Shown: piece by piece, positions 1 to 13,280 of the stretch | Numbering within the stretch: the stretch's first letter is position 1 | How the letters are laid out: every line of letters begins with the position of its first letter | Source: Psammoneis japonica | Lineage: Eukaryota | Reading direction: 5' to 3' | Length of the DNA: 64,000 bases | NCBI GenBank assembly: GCA_008632985.1 | Contig: QPGO01000002.1 | Coordinates: 558,001-622,000 of the forward strand | The notes under the pieces: model-generated | Seen by the model: only the letters and a program-made list of their open reading frames with translations | Told to the model about the DNA's origin: nothing | Databases searched by the model: none | Made by a program: the position numbers and the translations under genes

Positions 1-295
1 TCTTTCAGCTCTTGAATCTCCACCACACTTTTGCACATGCGAGGAAAGGCGCTTCTGGCAATAACAGCAGCACCGGAAGCACCAAAAAACCAAATGAAAA
101 AGGATGTCCGGGAGGCTTCCAAAGCCTCGGAAACGATTGGGGCAGCGGTGGTTCCATCCGGAATTGCTTCAAGCCGCGACTTTGTGAAAGCAATTCGTGG
201 GACTCCATTGTCACTCGGACAAAAGGAGTGAACCATGCAGGTCACGATCAGCACAACAAGAAACGTGAGAAGGCGCCTCATGGTGAACGGGACGG
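1..295 (+). repeat. Dispersed repeat X, left part (host of element B)
   Basis: Near-identical to 23861-24154. Confidence 0.9.
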
Positions 296-396
296 ACAGC
301 GCACTGCACAGCTGAACAAATTACCCCGCAGTCGCTTGCTAGAGAGTGAAGTTATAGAAAATCATTGTGACATCGTGCCACTGTTTCTAAGATTGT

Positions 397-621
397 TGTG
401 AAGATTGTCAAATCATCAAGACAGTCATTGTGACCCGCCGCTACAAAGACTTACGTCTTCAGTGCAAACGTCACTCGGGAAACTAGGAGAGCAGACGAAG
501 AGCGTCTCCTCTCCTCACAATTTTCTCTTTAGCAGCTGTAACACTGGCACCTAGAATCGCCCCATGTCCATTGTGATGTCAACATGCTCTGTCTGTTGTC
601 CATTCTCTGGATGTCACAACA
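397..621 (+). repeat. 5' LTR of element A
   Basis: Aligns without gaps to 6480-6704; TGTGAAG...ACAACA. Confidence 0.96.
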
Positions 622-637
622 CGCTTCCTCTGCGCTA
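620..637 (+). promoter_or_regulatory. Putative non-canonical primer-binding site complementary to the D-arm of initiator tRNA-Met
   Basis: Reverse complement TAGCGCAGAGGAAGCGTG resembles the eukaryotic tRNAiMet segment TGGCGCAGCGGAAGCGTG; lies at the 5' LTR boundary. Confidence 0.65.
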
Positions 638-649
638 AAGAAGAAAATC

Positions 650-1965
650 ATGTCGGACGTTTCAAGTGCATCATCGTCCTCAACGTCCGATGAGGACATT
701 CCGTTCGCCCTTGCTCCAGCTCAAGCTGTTACGGGAGCAGTTGACTTTCGCAAGAGTGCTGGACGAAAGCTGTTCGAAAATGGCTCGGAAGCATCAAGTG
801 GAGATGCACTCGACTGCACTCCAGGCGAACTCTTTTTCAGTTCCTCAAGAGTGTTGAAACCAGGGCCAGCCTGCTCGGATGGAATGACCCGACGACAGGC
901 ATTCTTGTGATACCTGAAGACCCTGAAGATCCGGACACGACGCACTCAAACTTGCTCACTGACTGTGGTGAGATCAGCATGGAACGCATCAAGAGACACG
1001 AGGAGTCGCACATCAGGAATCCATGCCGTGCAGCTCAAGATGCTGCCATGCTCGGACACTGTCTGACCAACTCAATCTCCAAGGCTGGGAAGGACAAGGC
1101 ATGCATCCACGATGCATCCCACAAGATCGGAGACAAGATCTCTGGATGTTTGCTCCTCAAGGTCATCATTCAAGAGTCGCACCTAGACATGAATGCAACC
1201 ACGAGCACGATCCGCACGAAACTCGCTGAGCTTGACCAATGCTTGCCGACGATCGGTCACGACATCACGAAGTTCAATCAGTGCGTGGCTCTCCTTCTCG
1301 CTGTGCTAAGGTCTCGTGGCGAAACCACAGAGGATCTCCTGACGAATTTGTTCAAAGGACACCTCGCTGCTTCGGATGAGAACTTTGCCAAGTGCATTGG
1401 CAACAAGCAAGAGGAACACGAGGACGGCAAGGACATCATGCCAAATCACCTCATGACGCTTGTGGACAACAAGTGCAAGAATTTGGTTCAGAAGAAGAAG
1501 TGGAGTGCGCCTGGCAAGGAAGAAGAGAAGACACTTGCTCTGGAAGCCAAAGTCGAAGGCATTGAGAAAAGAGCCAAGAAGCACGAATCTGCTGAGAACA
1601 CCAGAAAGGACGACAAGCGTGGGAAAGGAAAGGATGGTGACAAGCGAAACATGCCCAAATGGATGAAGGACAACTTGCGCCCAACCAAGGATGTGATCTC
1701 CAAGCCTGGGCACTGGAACGGTGTAAAACACTGCCACTGCCACAAGGACGTCGGAGGGAAATGCCCTGGAAAGTGGCGCAAGCACACTCCGGAGAATTGT
1801 TCACATGATCCGGATAAGAACAAGAAGAGAGCGGCCAATGGCAAGAGCGGAAACGAACGGGAGAAGAAGTTCTGCCGCAAACAAGACAGCAAACGACGTC
1901 TCAAGCTTACGAAGGCATACGAGGCAGTGGTCGACAAGGAGCCATCGGACGACGAATCCGAATGA
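650..1965 (+). pseudogene. gag-like ORF of element A, frameshifted near the T-run at ~833
   Basis: ATG at 650 (MSDVSS...FALAPAQA) continues in the frame of ORF 907-1965; C-terminal Cys/His cluster and basic tail; positioned between the LTR and pol. Confidence 0.8.
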
Positions 1966-2028
1966 CTCCTAGAGCACGGCCACAGTTGCAACTGCTGTGA
2001 TGATGGATGTGCAATTGGCGACCTTACA

Positions 2029-5000
2029 ATGTTGTGCTGCGCTTTTGTTAAAGCAACGGCTGCATTCGCATGGCAGGTGACAGCCTGCAATTGCACAAAC
2101 ATCATTTTAGCACTCATCATCGCAGATCGCACCATGGCCTGCGCTCACTCCTCTCCATCCGCCGCGGTCCCAATCATCTGCCTCATGCTCTGCTACAACG
2201 ACAACCCAGGACACTCCCCGCACTACGCACCCAAGAAGAAAAGATGGTGCAAGCTGCGGAAGGGTTGCCGCTGCTTGACCAGCAAGATGCGCCAGGTCAG
2301 AGAACAAGTGGCACAATTCATTAAAGCGATCGACACCAACACCGACTCGTCCAGAAGAGGGAGAATTCGAAGACTCCACCAATCTATGGACAAACTCAAG
2401 AGACCCAGGCGAACACGACACTGTGCCGCAGCACTGGCTGTGGTGGTGGTCGCAATGCAGGCTCAAAACAAGAGCATCATGGAGCACACGGTGACCTTCG
2501 ACACTGACTCAGGACCAGTCGGGGTTGACAATCGGGCCACAGGTTGCATGTCCGATTGCGCGGAAGACTTTGTTGGTGAATTGCGAGACTGCAACAGAAC
2601 CACAAAAGGTTTTGGCGGTTCGAAAACCACCGGGGTGAAGATCGGCACCCTGCCATGGAGATGGAACGACGACGAGGGTAGGACGCATGAGTTCAAGATG
2701 CCCAATTCGTTCCACGCACCAAGTGGGAAGGTCAGGTCACTGAACCCTCAACACTGGGCTAAGACCCAAAGGGACAGCAAACCCAAGGAAGGCATGGGCA
2801 GCAAGACTGACTCAAGGCAGGTGACCCTCTGTTGGAACCAGAAGAAACACCGGCTGACAATGCCGCTGAGTGAAACGACCAACGTGGCTGCATTTCATCT
2901 GGCACCCGGATGCCAAAAGCATGGGGCATTCTGTGCGGAGGTGGACATCGACCCAGCAGAAGAAGTCGAGGATCCTGCACCAGCCAATGAGGCGGCAGTC
3001 GTGAGCGACGATGAGGATCAAGATGATGATGCTGAGGTTGAATGCAATGCTGACGCGCCGCGTGATGAATGGCAACCAATGAACCAAGACCAGTCGCAAG
3101 ACTCAGGGTCGGCACCTGGGGAAATTGACGGGTCAACGGCAGCAGATTTCAACTTAGACGGACCACCGTTGGATGGCAAGCAAGAGGGAGACACGGGCAC
3201 CATGCCAAGTTCCACCTCAGAGGGAGCAGCCGTCAAGCCACCAGCAGTGGTGGAAGATGAAGAGGATTGCCAAGGCTCTGCCGAGGCATCACTGCTCCTA
3301 CGATGCCATCAACAATTCGGCCACATGAGTTTTACAAAACTGCAATGGATGGCAAGATTGGGCACACTGCCAAAGAAGCTGGCAAAATGCAATGCACCCG
3401 TCTGCTCTGCGTGCTTGTGTGCCAAGGCCACTGAGCGCAAGTGGCGAGACAAGACACGACGCAAACAGCAACCGACGGAAAAACCCACACACCCAGGCCA
3501 AGTCGTCTCCGTAGACCAACTTGCATCTCCTGCACCGGGGTTGATTGCTCAAATGACCGGATGGCCAACCACCAAATGGCGCAAGTGTGCTGCGGTGTAC
3601 GTTGATCAATGCTCCAAAATGGGGTGCGTGCACCTGCAAAAGACGGCATCGGCAGCGGAGACGTCAGAAGGGAAACAAGCTTTCGAGCAATGCGCCAAGA
3701 CATGTGGCGTTACAGTCGAAGCCCACCATGCAGACAATGGTGTCTTCAAGGCTGACGACTGGGCATTTGCATGTCGATCACAAGGACAACGGCTCACCTT
3801 CGCAGCGGCAGGCGCTCACCACCAGAACGGCTTGGCCGAGCGTCGCACACGCGAGCTCCAAGAACTCGCCAGGAGCATGTTAACACACGCTCAAAGCCGG
3901 TGGAAGAAAGCAATCACAGCGAATCTGTGGCCTCATGCAATGAGGATGGCCAACGACGCGATTAACAACGCACCGAGTTTCCAAAACAAGGACAGGTTGT
4001 CCCCCATGCAAATGTTCTCCAAGACCCGAGTCTCTGCCAACCCAAAACACTGGAAACCCTTCGGATGCCCAGTGTACGTTCTTGACAGCGCCTTGCAATC
4101 CAACCTGCCACACCACAAATGGAAGCAACGATCAAGGGTCGGAGTCTGTCCAGGCCAAAGCCCAACACATGGAAAGAATGTGGCGCTCGTGCTGGATCGA
4201 GCGACTGCTCTAGTTGGCCCACAATTCCATGTCAAGTTTGATCCCTCCTTCCACACGGCATGGCAAGACAAGCTGGACTCGCAATGGCAAATCAAAGCCG
4301 GCTTCACAGCTCAGAGGGAGGCAACGAAAGCCAACACTGGTGGAGCAGCCAAAACGGCGTCCACACCAGCTCCAACCACGAAGAAGCGGAAAGCAAATTC
4401 AGAGGGAGCTGGGCGAGGCAAGAAACGACAAAAACGAGTTCAATGGGCTGACCTAAATCTGGGACCGCAACAGAGCGGAAACACTGCAGCAGCCACTGGC
4501 CAAGTGGCGTCGAGGCAAGACAGTCCACACGCACAACCTCAGGAAGACGAGGGTGGACCTGCGCCAGCGACTGAATCTCTAGAAGCAGCTCCAGGAGAGC
4601 GCGAGTCTGACGAGACACGAAACGGCACCAATGCACCAAAAGTGACTCGCTCAGGGCGAAAGAGCCAACCGGTCAGCAGACTGACAGAAGCTGTGACGGC
4701 CGAAATCAGTTCCGAAACAAGAAACGATGTCGAGGGTGAGACATTGTGTTTGGCAGCAATGCACCCCCAAGACTCACAAGAACTTAGAAAGACAAGAATC
4801 CCCTCCTTGCCTGTAAAGAATCAGCAGATCCAGACACCATGCACATGCACCAGGCTGTGAAGGAACCGGATCGCGTGCAGTTCCTGAAAGCCATGCAAAA
4901 GGAGGTAACGGATCAAATGGAAAATGGCAATTTCTCCATTGTTCCACGATCACAGGTGAAAAGAGACAGCAAGGTGCTGCCAGCGGTGTGGCAGATGAAG

Positions 5001-6440
5001 CGCAAGCGCGACATTAAGACTCGCAAGGTCAAGAAGTGGAAGGCTCGCTTGAATGTCGACGGTTCAAAAATGAGGAAAGGAAAGGATTGTGAAGAGACGC
5101 ACGCACCGGCAGCATCACGAAACTCAATTCAAATGTCACTTGCCCTGACAGCAATGAACGGGTGGCACTCCAAGCAATTGGACTACATTTTAGCCTTCCC
5201 TCAAGCGCCGGCAGACAAGGAGCTCTGCATGGAAACACCAGCGGGCTTCGAGTTAGTCGACGGCAACACCAAGGATTATGTCCTGAAGCTCCATCAAAAT
5301 GCATGCGGTCAAAAACAGGCTGGCAGAGTTTGGAACAAATGTCTGGTCAACAAGCTCATCAACAAGCTTGGTTTCGAGCAGTCCAAGGTTGATGAGTGCG
5401 TGTTCTATCGTGGGAAAACCATTTGCCTTCTGTGTGCAGACGACTCGCTGATTGCCGGTCCTGATGAGAGAGAAATTAATCAGATCATCAAGGAACTCAA
5501 GGAGGCAAAACTCGACATTACTGTGGAAGGGGACATGCAGGATTTTCTCGGCATCAACATCGTGAGGAAGAACGATGGCACGGTCCACTTGGCGCAACCA
5601 CACTCAATCGATCAGATGCTCAAGGACTTACGACTGGATTCACCAAGTGCCGCACCCAAGGACACTCCGGCGGCATCCTCCAAGATGCCATTAAGGCATT
5701 CCGATTCAGAGCCGTTTGATGATTCCTTCAACTGCCGATCGGTTGTTGGCAAGCTGAATTGCTTGGAAAAATGTGCTCGAAGCGACACAGCGTGCATCAC
5801 CCACCAATGTGCACGGTTCACTGCAGCTCCCAAGGTTGAGCATGCCAAAGCCATGTGGTGGCTTGGCAGATGTTTGTACAAGACCAGAGACAAGGGTGCA
5901 GTCCTGAAACCTGCAAAGGGAAAGGACTTAGAGGTTTACGTGGATGCAGATTTTAGCGGGAATTGGGACCCACGAGAGGCAAGCCAAGACCGAGATGCAG
6001 CACGTTCTCGACACGGTCATGTCATTTCTTGCGCGGGCTGTCCCATTCTTTGGAAATCTCAATTGCAAACCGAGACAGCCTTGAGCAGCACAGAATCTGA
6101 ATGCACAGGCTTGTCGTGTGCTCTACGAGAAGCCACACCCTTGATGGAAATGCTGAATGAACTCAAGCGACACGGCTTCCCTGTCAAGATGTCCACGCCC
6201 AAGATCCATTGCAAAGTGTTTGAAGACAACAGCGGGACGCTAGAGATGGCGCGCGTGCACAAGTGCAGACCACGAACCAAGCACTTGAATGTCAAGTTGC
6301 ACCACTTTCGCGACTGTGTCACTCGAAAAGAAATTTCGACACACGACATCGACACCAAGGACCAACTGGCGGATTGTCTCACTGAGCCGGTTACGGCTGA
6401 GATCCCAGAGACCTTACGTCCTCTGGTGATGGGTTGGTGA
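2029..6440 (+). pseudogene. pol of element A (protease, integrase, RT, RNase H); frameshift at ~4800-4840
   Basis: PR VGVDNRATG; IN HQQFGH..CSAC, VSVDQL, HADNG, NGLAERR, FGCPVYV; RT KARLNVDG, QLDYILAFPQA, CADD (from YxDD); RH YVDADFSG, EDNSG, DQLAD. Confidence 0.93.
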
Positions 6441-6479
6441 GTTTAGACTTTAACTTGCAAGAGACACAATGAGAGGGAG

Positions 6480-6704
6480 TGTGAAGATTGTCAAATCATC
6501 AAGACAGTCATTGTGACCCGCCGTTGCAAAGACTTGCGTCATCAGTGCAAACGTCACTCGGGAAACTGGGAGAGCAGACGAAGAGCGTCTCCTCTCCTCA
6601 CAATTTTCTCTTTAGCAGCTGCAACACTAGCACCTAGAATCGCCCCATGTCCATTGTGACATCAACGTGCTCTGTCTGTTGTCTGTTCTCTGGATGTTAC
6701 AACA
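6480..6704 (+). repeat. 3' LTR of element A
   Basis: Follows the PPT; aligns to 397-621. Confidence 0.96.
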
Positions 6705-7079
6705 GATTGTGAGTGGATCTCGGATGGAGTCGTCTTCCCGTTCCGAGTCGCCAAACACACAGTTCCAAACACTGTTTCCGATAAAACCACATGGCAAATT
6801 CTTCAGTCCCCTCAAGTCGTTGAAGCAGACACTGAATCGGCTTGATCCAATTTACACTCCGACAGTGTTTAGCCACAACCAAGTGACAAGGAAACCCTGA
6901 CAACCTGCTGAAACCCAAATTGGGAAAGGGTGCCAGTCTAAAACCATGCCCTTCCAAGAAGCGCATGGAAGGAATGCGAGCCAACATGCCCGCCAGTGCA
7001 AGCTAACATGCTTGCCAGATGCAAGGAGAAACAGAAAAAGAATCAGTCGAGGAAGCGACCATTCATTCTTCATTCATCC

Positions 7080-10000
7080 TCAATCATCACACACATCGTG
7101 TGGCATCATGCCAACAAGGCCATCTCGCTTGATGCCACCGCACATGATCTTAGTCACAAGATCAGCCGGATTGCATTCCGATCTGGCATGTCCTGTGAGG
7201 GACTCACCCACAGCTGCCGACTCCCCAATGGCATGGCAGCATGTGGAGTTAGACTTCTTCTTCAAAGTCGACTCTGGGCTTTGGGTGTTGTGGACAACTG
7301 ACATGTTGTCCCCACAAATGTGTGATGGTCCGCTGAGCAGGACTCCCATCATCCTGAGTTCACACCTTGGGCCTCGCAAAGCTTCCATGCCCTGCTTCAC
7401 AGCCACAAACTCAGCACCAAAGACTGAAGTCTCGATGGCACTCTGGCGCTTGGAGAACCAGGCAATTGATGCCATGTTCAAATGGATGAAATGACCAGTG
7501 CGAGAGCGTCTCGTCACTTTGTCATTCGCATGATCTGAGTCTACAAATGGACGTAGATCAATGTCCTTGCCCAGAGCTTCTGGTGCATTTGGCGGAATTG
7601 CCTCCTTGGTGTCCCTGCAGAATGCCTGCCAATCACATTCCTTAAAGTCAGACATGTCAACATCCGGGTGCGTTGGATCGAACGCTAACGTGGCATCATG
7701 TCTGTTCTTAAGGCATCCATGCACATGCAGGACTGCGCCGAGATGACCTTCTCCAGGCATGGCAAGGAATGAGGCAAGCTCGGACACCTCTGCTGTGAGG
7801 TCGACTCGTCCAAGTTCCACTGTCCAGCACAGGACTCCTGCCTGCGACTGGCAAAATTGAGCCCGCTCTGCATCAAGCTTTGGCGCAATGTCGAGCTCCG
7901 GTCGACAGTCGCGTGGAAACGGAGCCGTTGCCTTGCATGGTGACGTCCATCCGGGAGCAGACTCATCTAGACACCCCTCGACATTTCCAACGGCCTGTTG
8001 GATGCACTTGCTAGAGCTCATGCTCCACGCGTGGATACCGTTCGGCATTTGCACTTCACGGATCTTCGCCCCGAGGTGCATCTCAGGGTCACCGATGGAT
8101 CCGGGTTTCATCTTGAAGTGTCGGTCCAATTCCTTGAGCGCCAACGTGGCGTCGTGGTGCACCACAAGCACATCGTCGACATGCAACAGTGCACAGGCAT
8201 GGCAACGGAACCCATCATCTGGTCGAACTTGTGCCTTCATCCACACATCGGGATCAGCTGGACATGGTTCCCAACCAAGATGACGCATGCACGATGCCAA
8301 GTGGTTCCTGAAGGATGCACCTGCACTCTTCAATTCGTACAATGCGCGCTTGACTGTGGCACGCTTCCCAGCATTGGGTCCAAACTCAGGTCCCAGAGTT
8401 GTGGTGATCTTCTCGCTGTCAGGTGCGGTGATGTGGGCATTCTCAATGTCTGCAGCCTTAACCTCTGAGTCATTTGGAGCCGCTAGAGCGAAGGCAATCC
8501 TTGCACTTTCACGGGAGACGACGCTTGCGCACGTCAGGGTCGCTGGAGGTTCAGTGGCATGTCCCCCTGCGACATGACGAGCCTTCCGCTTGAAGTCTTG
8601 TAGTTTGACATCAAAGACCAAGTGGCAGCGGATGTGCTGGCAACCCACAAGCTCCTCGTCATTGTCGACAATCTCAAAGGCTTTCGCAACGACTTCGATC
8701 TCCTTGTCTACGGCGTCCTGCCACAAGCGGTCGCCATTGGCCTTGTCGATCTCGACTGCCTCTTCACAGGTCTTGGGAATGCGCATCCCGTGCTCATGAG
8801 TGCGCTTGTGATGTCGCTTGTTCACAGCGGCTGTGATTTGCTGACGTTTCTTGAAGGTAAAGGGAACCCACCATGCAAATGCGGGTTCATCCTCTGTGGA
8901 TCTAGCCCTGGCATACTCTGCCATTTCTGCTGGGTTAGATTCCTTCAAGTCGGACAGTCGTTCCCAAGATGTGGATCCGTCTTTCCATTGCACGCAAAGA
9001 TGCCAGCCTTTGGCAGTCTTGCGCATGGATCGACGTCCTCGACTGTCTTGGATGAAGGCGCCCTCCTTCTTGACAGCATGCCCGTCAGTCTTGTGATCAA
9101 CAATTGCACCCGGCAACAAGTGCTGGTTGCCTTCATTGTCACACTGTGCGAACACATTCTCAGCGATGACATTCGCCGCGAATTCCGCTTCCTGTCCATC
9201 AGGAAACTCGACCTCACACACACGAGTGTCAAGCATTGGGTTTGGGTTGGCCCGTCCGGCAGGTGTGCCGCCCGGATTGAGCTTGCGTCGCTTCACCACC
9301 CCAGTCTGTTCCATGTCCCCGTGAGGCAGCAGTGCTTCTGCGTTGACATGTTGATCGTAGGCTTCGTCTGGCATGTCATCCTCATCGGAGGCACTGGACG
9401 GAACATCCTGTTCCTCTTCATCCTCGTACGGTTCGAAGGTGGGAGCAATTGCATCAGGGTCGTCAAAGTCCCCGACGGTCATGCCAGGGCCTAGCTTGAC
9501 CTCCATCAACCTGTCAAACTTTTCACGCAACGCCGTGTGCGTCTTGTGTCCCTGCTCCTCGGGAGTTGGTGCCCTGTGAGATGAGCGATGGACTGCCTGT
9601 CCATTCTCCTTGAGCATCTTGGCCGTCATAACTGGGCCCACATCCCTGCTCGGACCTGGACATCGCCCCAGGACTTCCTTGTCCTCGGGAAATGAGACTG
9701 CCGTGTCTCGAAACATGACCCAGTCGCACCAGCCCAGTTCGCACATGTGCGAGATGTCAGCCGTCTGACCAGACACAACAGTTTCCGGGACTTCGCCGTC
9801 AAGCTCATAGATGCTTCGAGCGGTGCCAGACCTGACAAGGCCTTCCAGTTCCAGGCAATCATCCCACAGGCATTTTGGGGCCTGTGACTTGACCATCTTG
9901 CGCCCAACACCTCGCTTGAGTTCACGAATTGCGCCCTCTGCGGTGTCAGACCAAGGGGTGTGTGGTTCAGTTTGTCTTGCATGGCAATCAGCCTCCCTGG

Positions 10001-11169
10001 CTTTCTTGCCAAACTGCCCCATTGTCTCTTCTCTCACCCCGTCCACCAGCATGGTGTGGGGCACGCCTTCTTGCGCGAAGAGCAACGATGACGCCTCGTG
10101 CGCTAGACGTTTTGACTTCAATGGACAAGCACGTGCCCATCCATTGGACATTGCGAACACTTGCGTGCACACATTCCCTTGCCCAGACTTGACAGAGGAG
10201 AACATGGTGTCGGAGCACATCTCCTTTGAGACACGCCTGTGTCGCAGTTGTCGATCATTGGTGCGGAAACGTCGCGACAGCGCAGGATGTAGAACCGTCC
10301 TGGCTCCACGCTGTGTCGTAACCTTGAGAGTGTTCTGAGCATCCTTGAGGCTGATGGACCAATTCTCGGCCAAACGTTCAGCGTCAACCTTGAAGCCGCG
10401 CTTCGTCGTCTTGAGCGAAGACAGTTTCATGGATGCCAGTGGCAAACGGTCATCGCATGCATTGGAAACATCACGTGACGGCTGATTCCCCAGAGAGTCT
10501 GAGGTCTCTTGAGCTGCAGTGCGCATCGTCCCCGGTCTCATGCACTCTGCCAAGAGCATCGGTCATGGCATCTTCCCTGGCGTGGAAATCAGAGGAGGCG
10601 GGGTCCCATTCCGGGGACTCACACGTGAGTTCGCACACGCTCCCGTCTTGGGCTGCATCCTCGCATTGAGACAAAGTCGGGACACTGGAGGGGAAGCAGC
10701 TCGAGACTCCCTCCAGGTCCAAAGGCACAGCCAATGAAGTGCCATTTGCGTCCTTGGCGACAATGGCATGTTCCTTGTCGTTGGGCTTTGTCAGCAGAAA
10801 CTTCGGTTTTAATGAAAGTTCCACGTCATTCAGCCACAACTGCATTGGACACAGCAAGTTGTGCTCAAGGTGTGGCACATGGACTGCTTGGTGGACAACC
10901 AAGACGTGTGGGTGGCCCGTCTGAGGATCAGCACAAGCAACAGCTCCACTGACGGTGCGCAGACGCTTGCTGGCACCTGATGTCGGGTCGCACCCTTCCA
11001 TGTCTACTGGCCTGTCATGGTCAAGTAAAATTAAAGCGTGCTTGCCTGGCACGCTCATGTCTGCATGACCATCGATGTCCGTGCGAGACTCTTCGTTCAA
11101 TGGTCCCTTAACCTTTGTCTGGGTCAAGCGTAAAGTCTGCAACGGACTGAGCCACATGACAGCCACCAT
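7080..11169 (-). pseudogene. pol of element B (PR, IN, RT, RH); frameshift near 10550
   Basis: PR DIDGHAD, HNLLCPMQL; IN CSDTMFS, TEPHTPWS..AEGAIRELK; RT FKRKARHVAGGH, ADIENAH, ALYELKSAGA, HVDD; RH FVDSDHA, CGDNMSV, NPADLVTK. Confidence 0.94.
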
Positions 11170-11175
11170 TGGCGG

Positions 11176-12593
11176 TCACTCCTTGTGACATCCAGCCTTG
11201 GGGACATGCTTGCGAGCAGCCTTGCGAATCAACGCCTTGTTGTTGCGGTTTCGATCCTGCTTGGCAGCCGGAGGCTTCATTGGCTCTTCAGTTTCAGATT
11301 CACTGCCACCTTCATTGGATGAATCGTCCATCTGAGCTGAAATGGCAGTGACCGTCTTGGTCAGAGCCTTGATCTGTTTGGCGTTACCGGCCGCCGTGGC
11401 CTTGCCGGTTTTCGTGTCACCACGTGTGTCGCGCAGCGACTTGAGCTTCTTCCCAGCCTGGGGAAACAGCTTGCTGCACTCTTTGGGAGGGCGGCACTTG
11501 TCCTCCACATCATCGGCATGAATGACAGCCTTTTCGTGTCATTGTCCGGCTTGGACTGCTTGATGAAGTCCTTGAGCAGAATGACGCAAGCATCAAAGTC
11601 GTTGCGCAACGTTGCGCTAGACACAATCTGCATCTTGACTGAGTCAAGTGACGAGTCCTTGACACTTGCAAGGAGATGGCAGACCTTGGATCGTGCGTCG
11701 ATCCCGGCATGACCACACTGGGTTGAGCCATCCAGAATCGCGTGTTGTTCAACATGAACTCGCACGCAGCGCTCGAAGTTCCAATTGCGCTTTTCCCCGT
11801 GGCAGGACAAACTGGCAAGGCACTTTTCAGCGGCGTTTGCCATGTCATCTACATTGTTGTAGGCCGTCCTGCCATCCTGACTCCTCTGGGCCGACTTGAC
11901 ATGGGCCCAACTCGTGTGTTCTTGCGTGATGCCTGCAACAATTTCCCGCACTTTGATGTCATCGGCCGTGAACATTTCGGCAGGTTGAGGGTCATTCCCA
12001 GCAGCAAAATGCGGGGCCCTCGTGATCATCTCCTTGATGGGATTGTCACAGTTGGTGGCTGGATCATCGGCCTCGGGAGCCACTTCCTGGTCATCACGGA
12101 TGACGTGCGCTGGCGGCATTTTCGTCTCGCCTCGGCATGCCCGCAGATGCTCCTGAATCGACTCGATCGTCTTCGGCCAGTCCTTCTCGATGATCATTGG
12201 CAGCGTTTTGGGCGGTGCGCAGGTCTCCTCTGTGGCACGGAAGTGTCGGTGGCCTTGCACTCGTGCAAGGTTGATGTCGACAGCTCGCAACGTCCGCGAC
12301 ATGCGCTCACAGTGACGAGCCGCATGCGCGGCGAGCTTGAGGTTCGTCTCGGCTCGCAACGGGACTGACGTCCCCAGGTTGGGTTGGGCGTTCCCTCCTG
12401 CTGGCGGATTCCCTGCCGCAGCCCCTCCTGGGCGACGAATGACCTTGCACAAGGTCTCGACCTCGTGGTCGTCGAGATGACGCAGTTCATCGACTGAGTC
12501 GATTCCCTGCTCATCGGTCAAAGCCGCGGCTGCTTGCGCGGCAAACCCCAGTCGGGTGCAGGCAGCACGCATCGCTGCAGCGACTGCCGCCAT
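11176..12593 (-). pseudogene. gag-like ORF of element B, frameshift near 11520
   Basis: ORFs 11361-12593 and 11176-11508; motifs YxGEKRNWNFE-like (CHGEKRNWNFERC) and LRNDFD, recalled as typical of diatom copia gag; upstream of pol. Confidence 0.8.
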
Positions 12594-13280
12594 GGTTGAT
12601 GGTTACGAACGGTGTAATTTGATGTTCTCGCAAACTTTTGTGTGGTTGTGTACGGAAAGTGAGTGAGGTGCGCGAACTTCGTATCGCTTTTCCACCGTTG
12701 GATAAAAGTAATCGTTATGACTACGATCAACGTGTCTACAGATAGCTGTTTATATTTAATCCACGTGGATTAATATCTGTATGGGAATTCAGATACAACG
12801 GCTACTGTTACAATCTACGTGATCGAATAATGCATGTGCCGATCATCGGCAACGTGCTCGTTCCCTGGTCTACATTGACCAATAGTGAGGTTAAATATAT
12901 ATAATTTATCAATTATATCGCGTCTACATATTCAACTTGCATATGTTTATATGCTCACTCGACGATTTCAAATCGCCACGCAGTTGCCTCCGAGATAACT
13001 TCGGTATGGAAATGGCGTCCCAGATCCAATTTTGCGCTCTGTGTCCGCGTATTTACGCTCATAAAACACATCAGGACAGTCGATACTTTTGTTATCCATA
13101 AGTATTACGGCCGAACTAGCCCTGGGAGTTACATACTCGTCAAGCACGAACGTCGTCTCACGTTCGTCGATGTTTTCATGTCATCTCTGACAAGTTGGAA
13201 CGAATGGTCGTATTGCGAATCGTTCGCAAGCGTAGCAATCATTACCACTGTCGTTACATACGGCGATGGCTCTGATAAAG

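Larger units (their letters stand above)
397..6704 (+). mobile_element. Ty1/copia (CoDi-like) LTR retrotransposon A, full length, mutated; nested in the 3' LTR of element B
   Basis: 225-bp TG...CA LTRs at 397-621 and 6480-6704; PPT GAGAGGGAG at 6471-6479; GATTGT duplicated at 391-396 and 6705-6710; domain order gag-PR-IN-RT-RH. Confidence 0.96.

Noticed and set aside
397..12593. ADAR-type RNA editing or RT error as the source of A->G changes
   Set aside because: Changes occur on both strands and differ between the LTRs of one insertion
397..12593. Alternative genetic code (TGC/CAC read as Tyr)
   Set aside because: Neighbouring host genes use ordinary Tyr codons and TAA/TAG stops, and non-coding LTRs show the same changes
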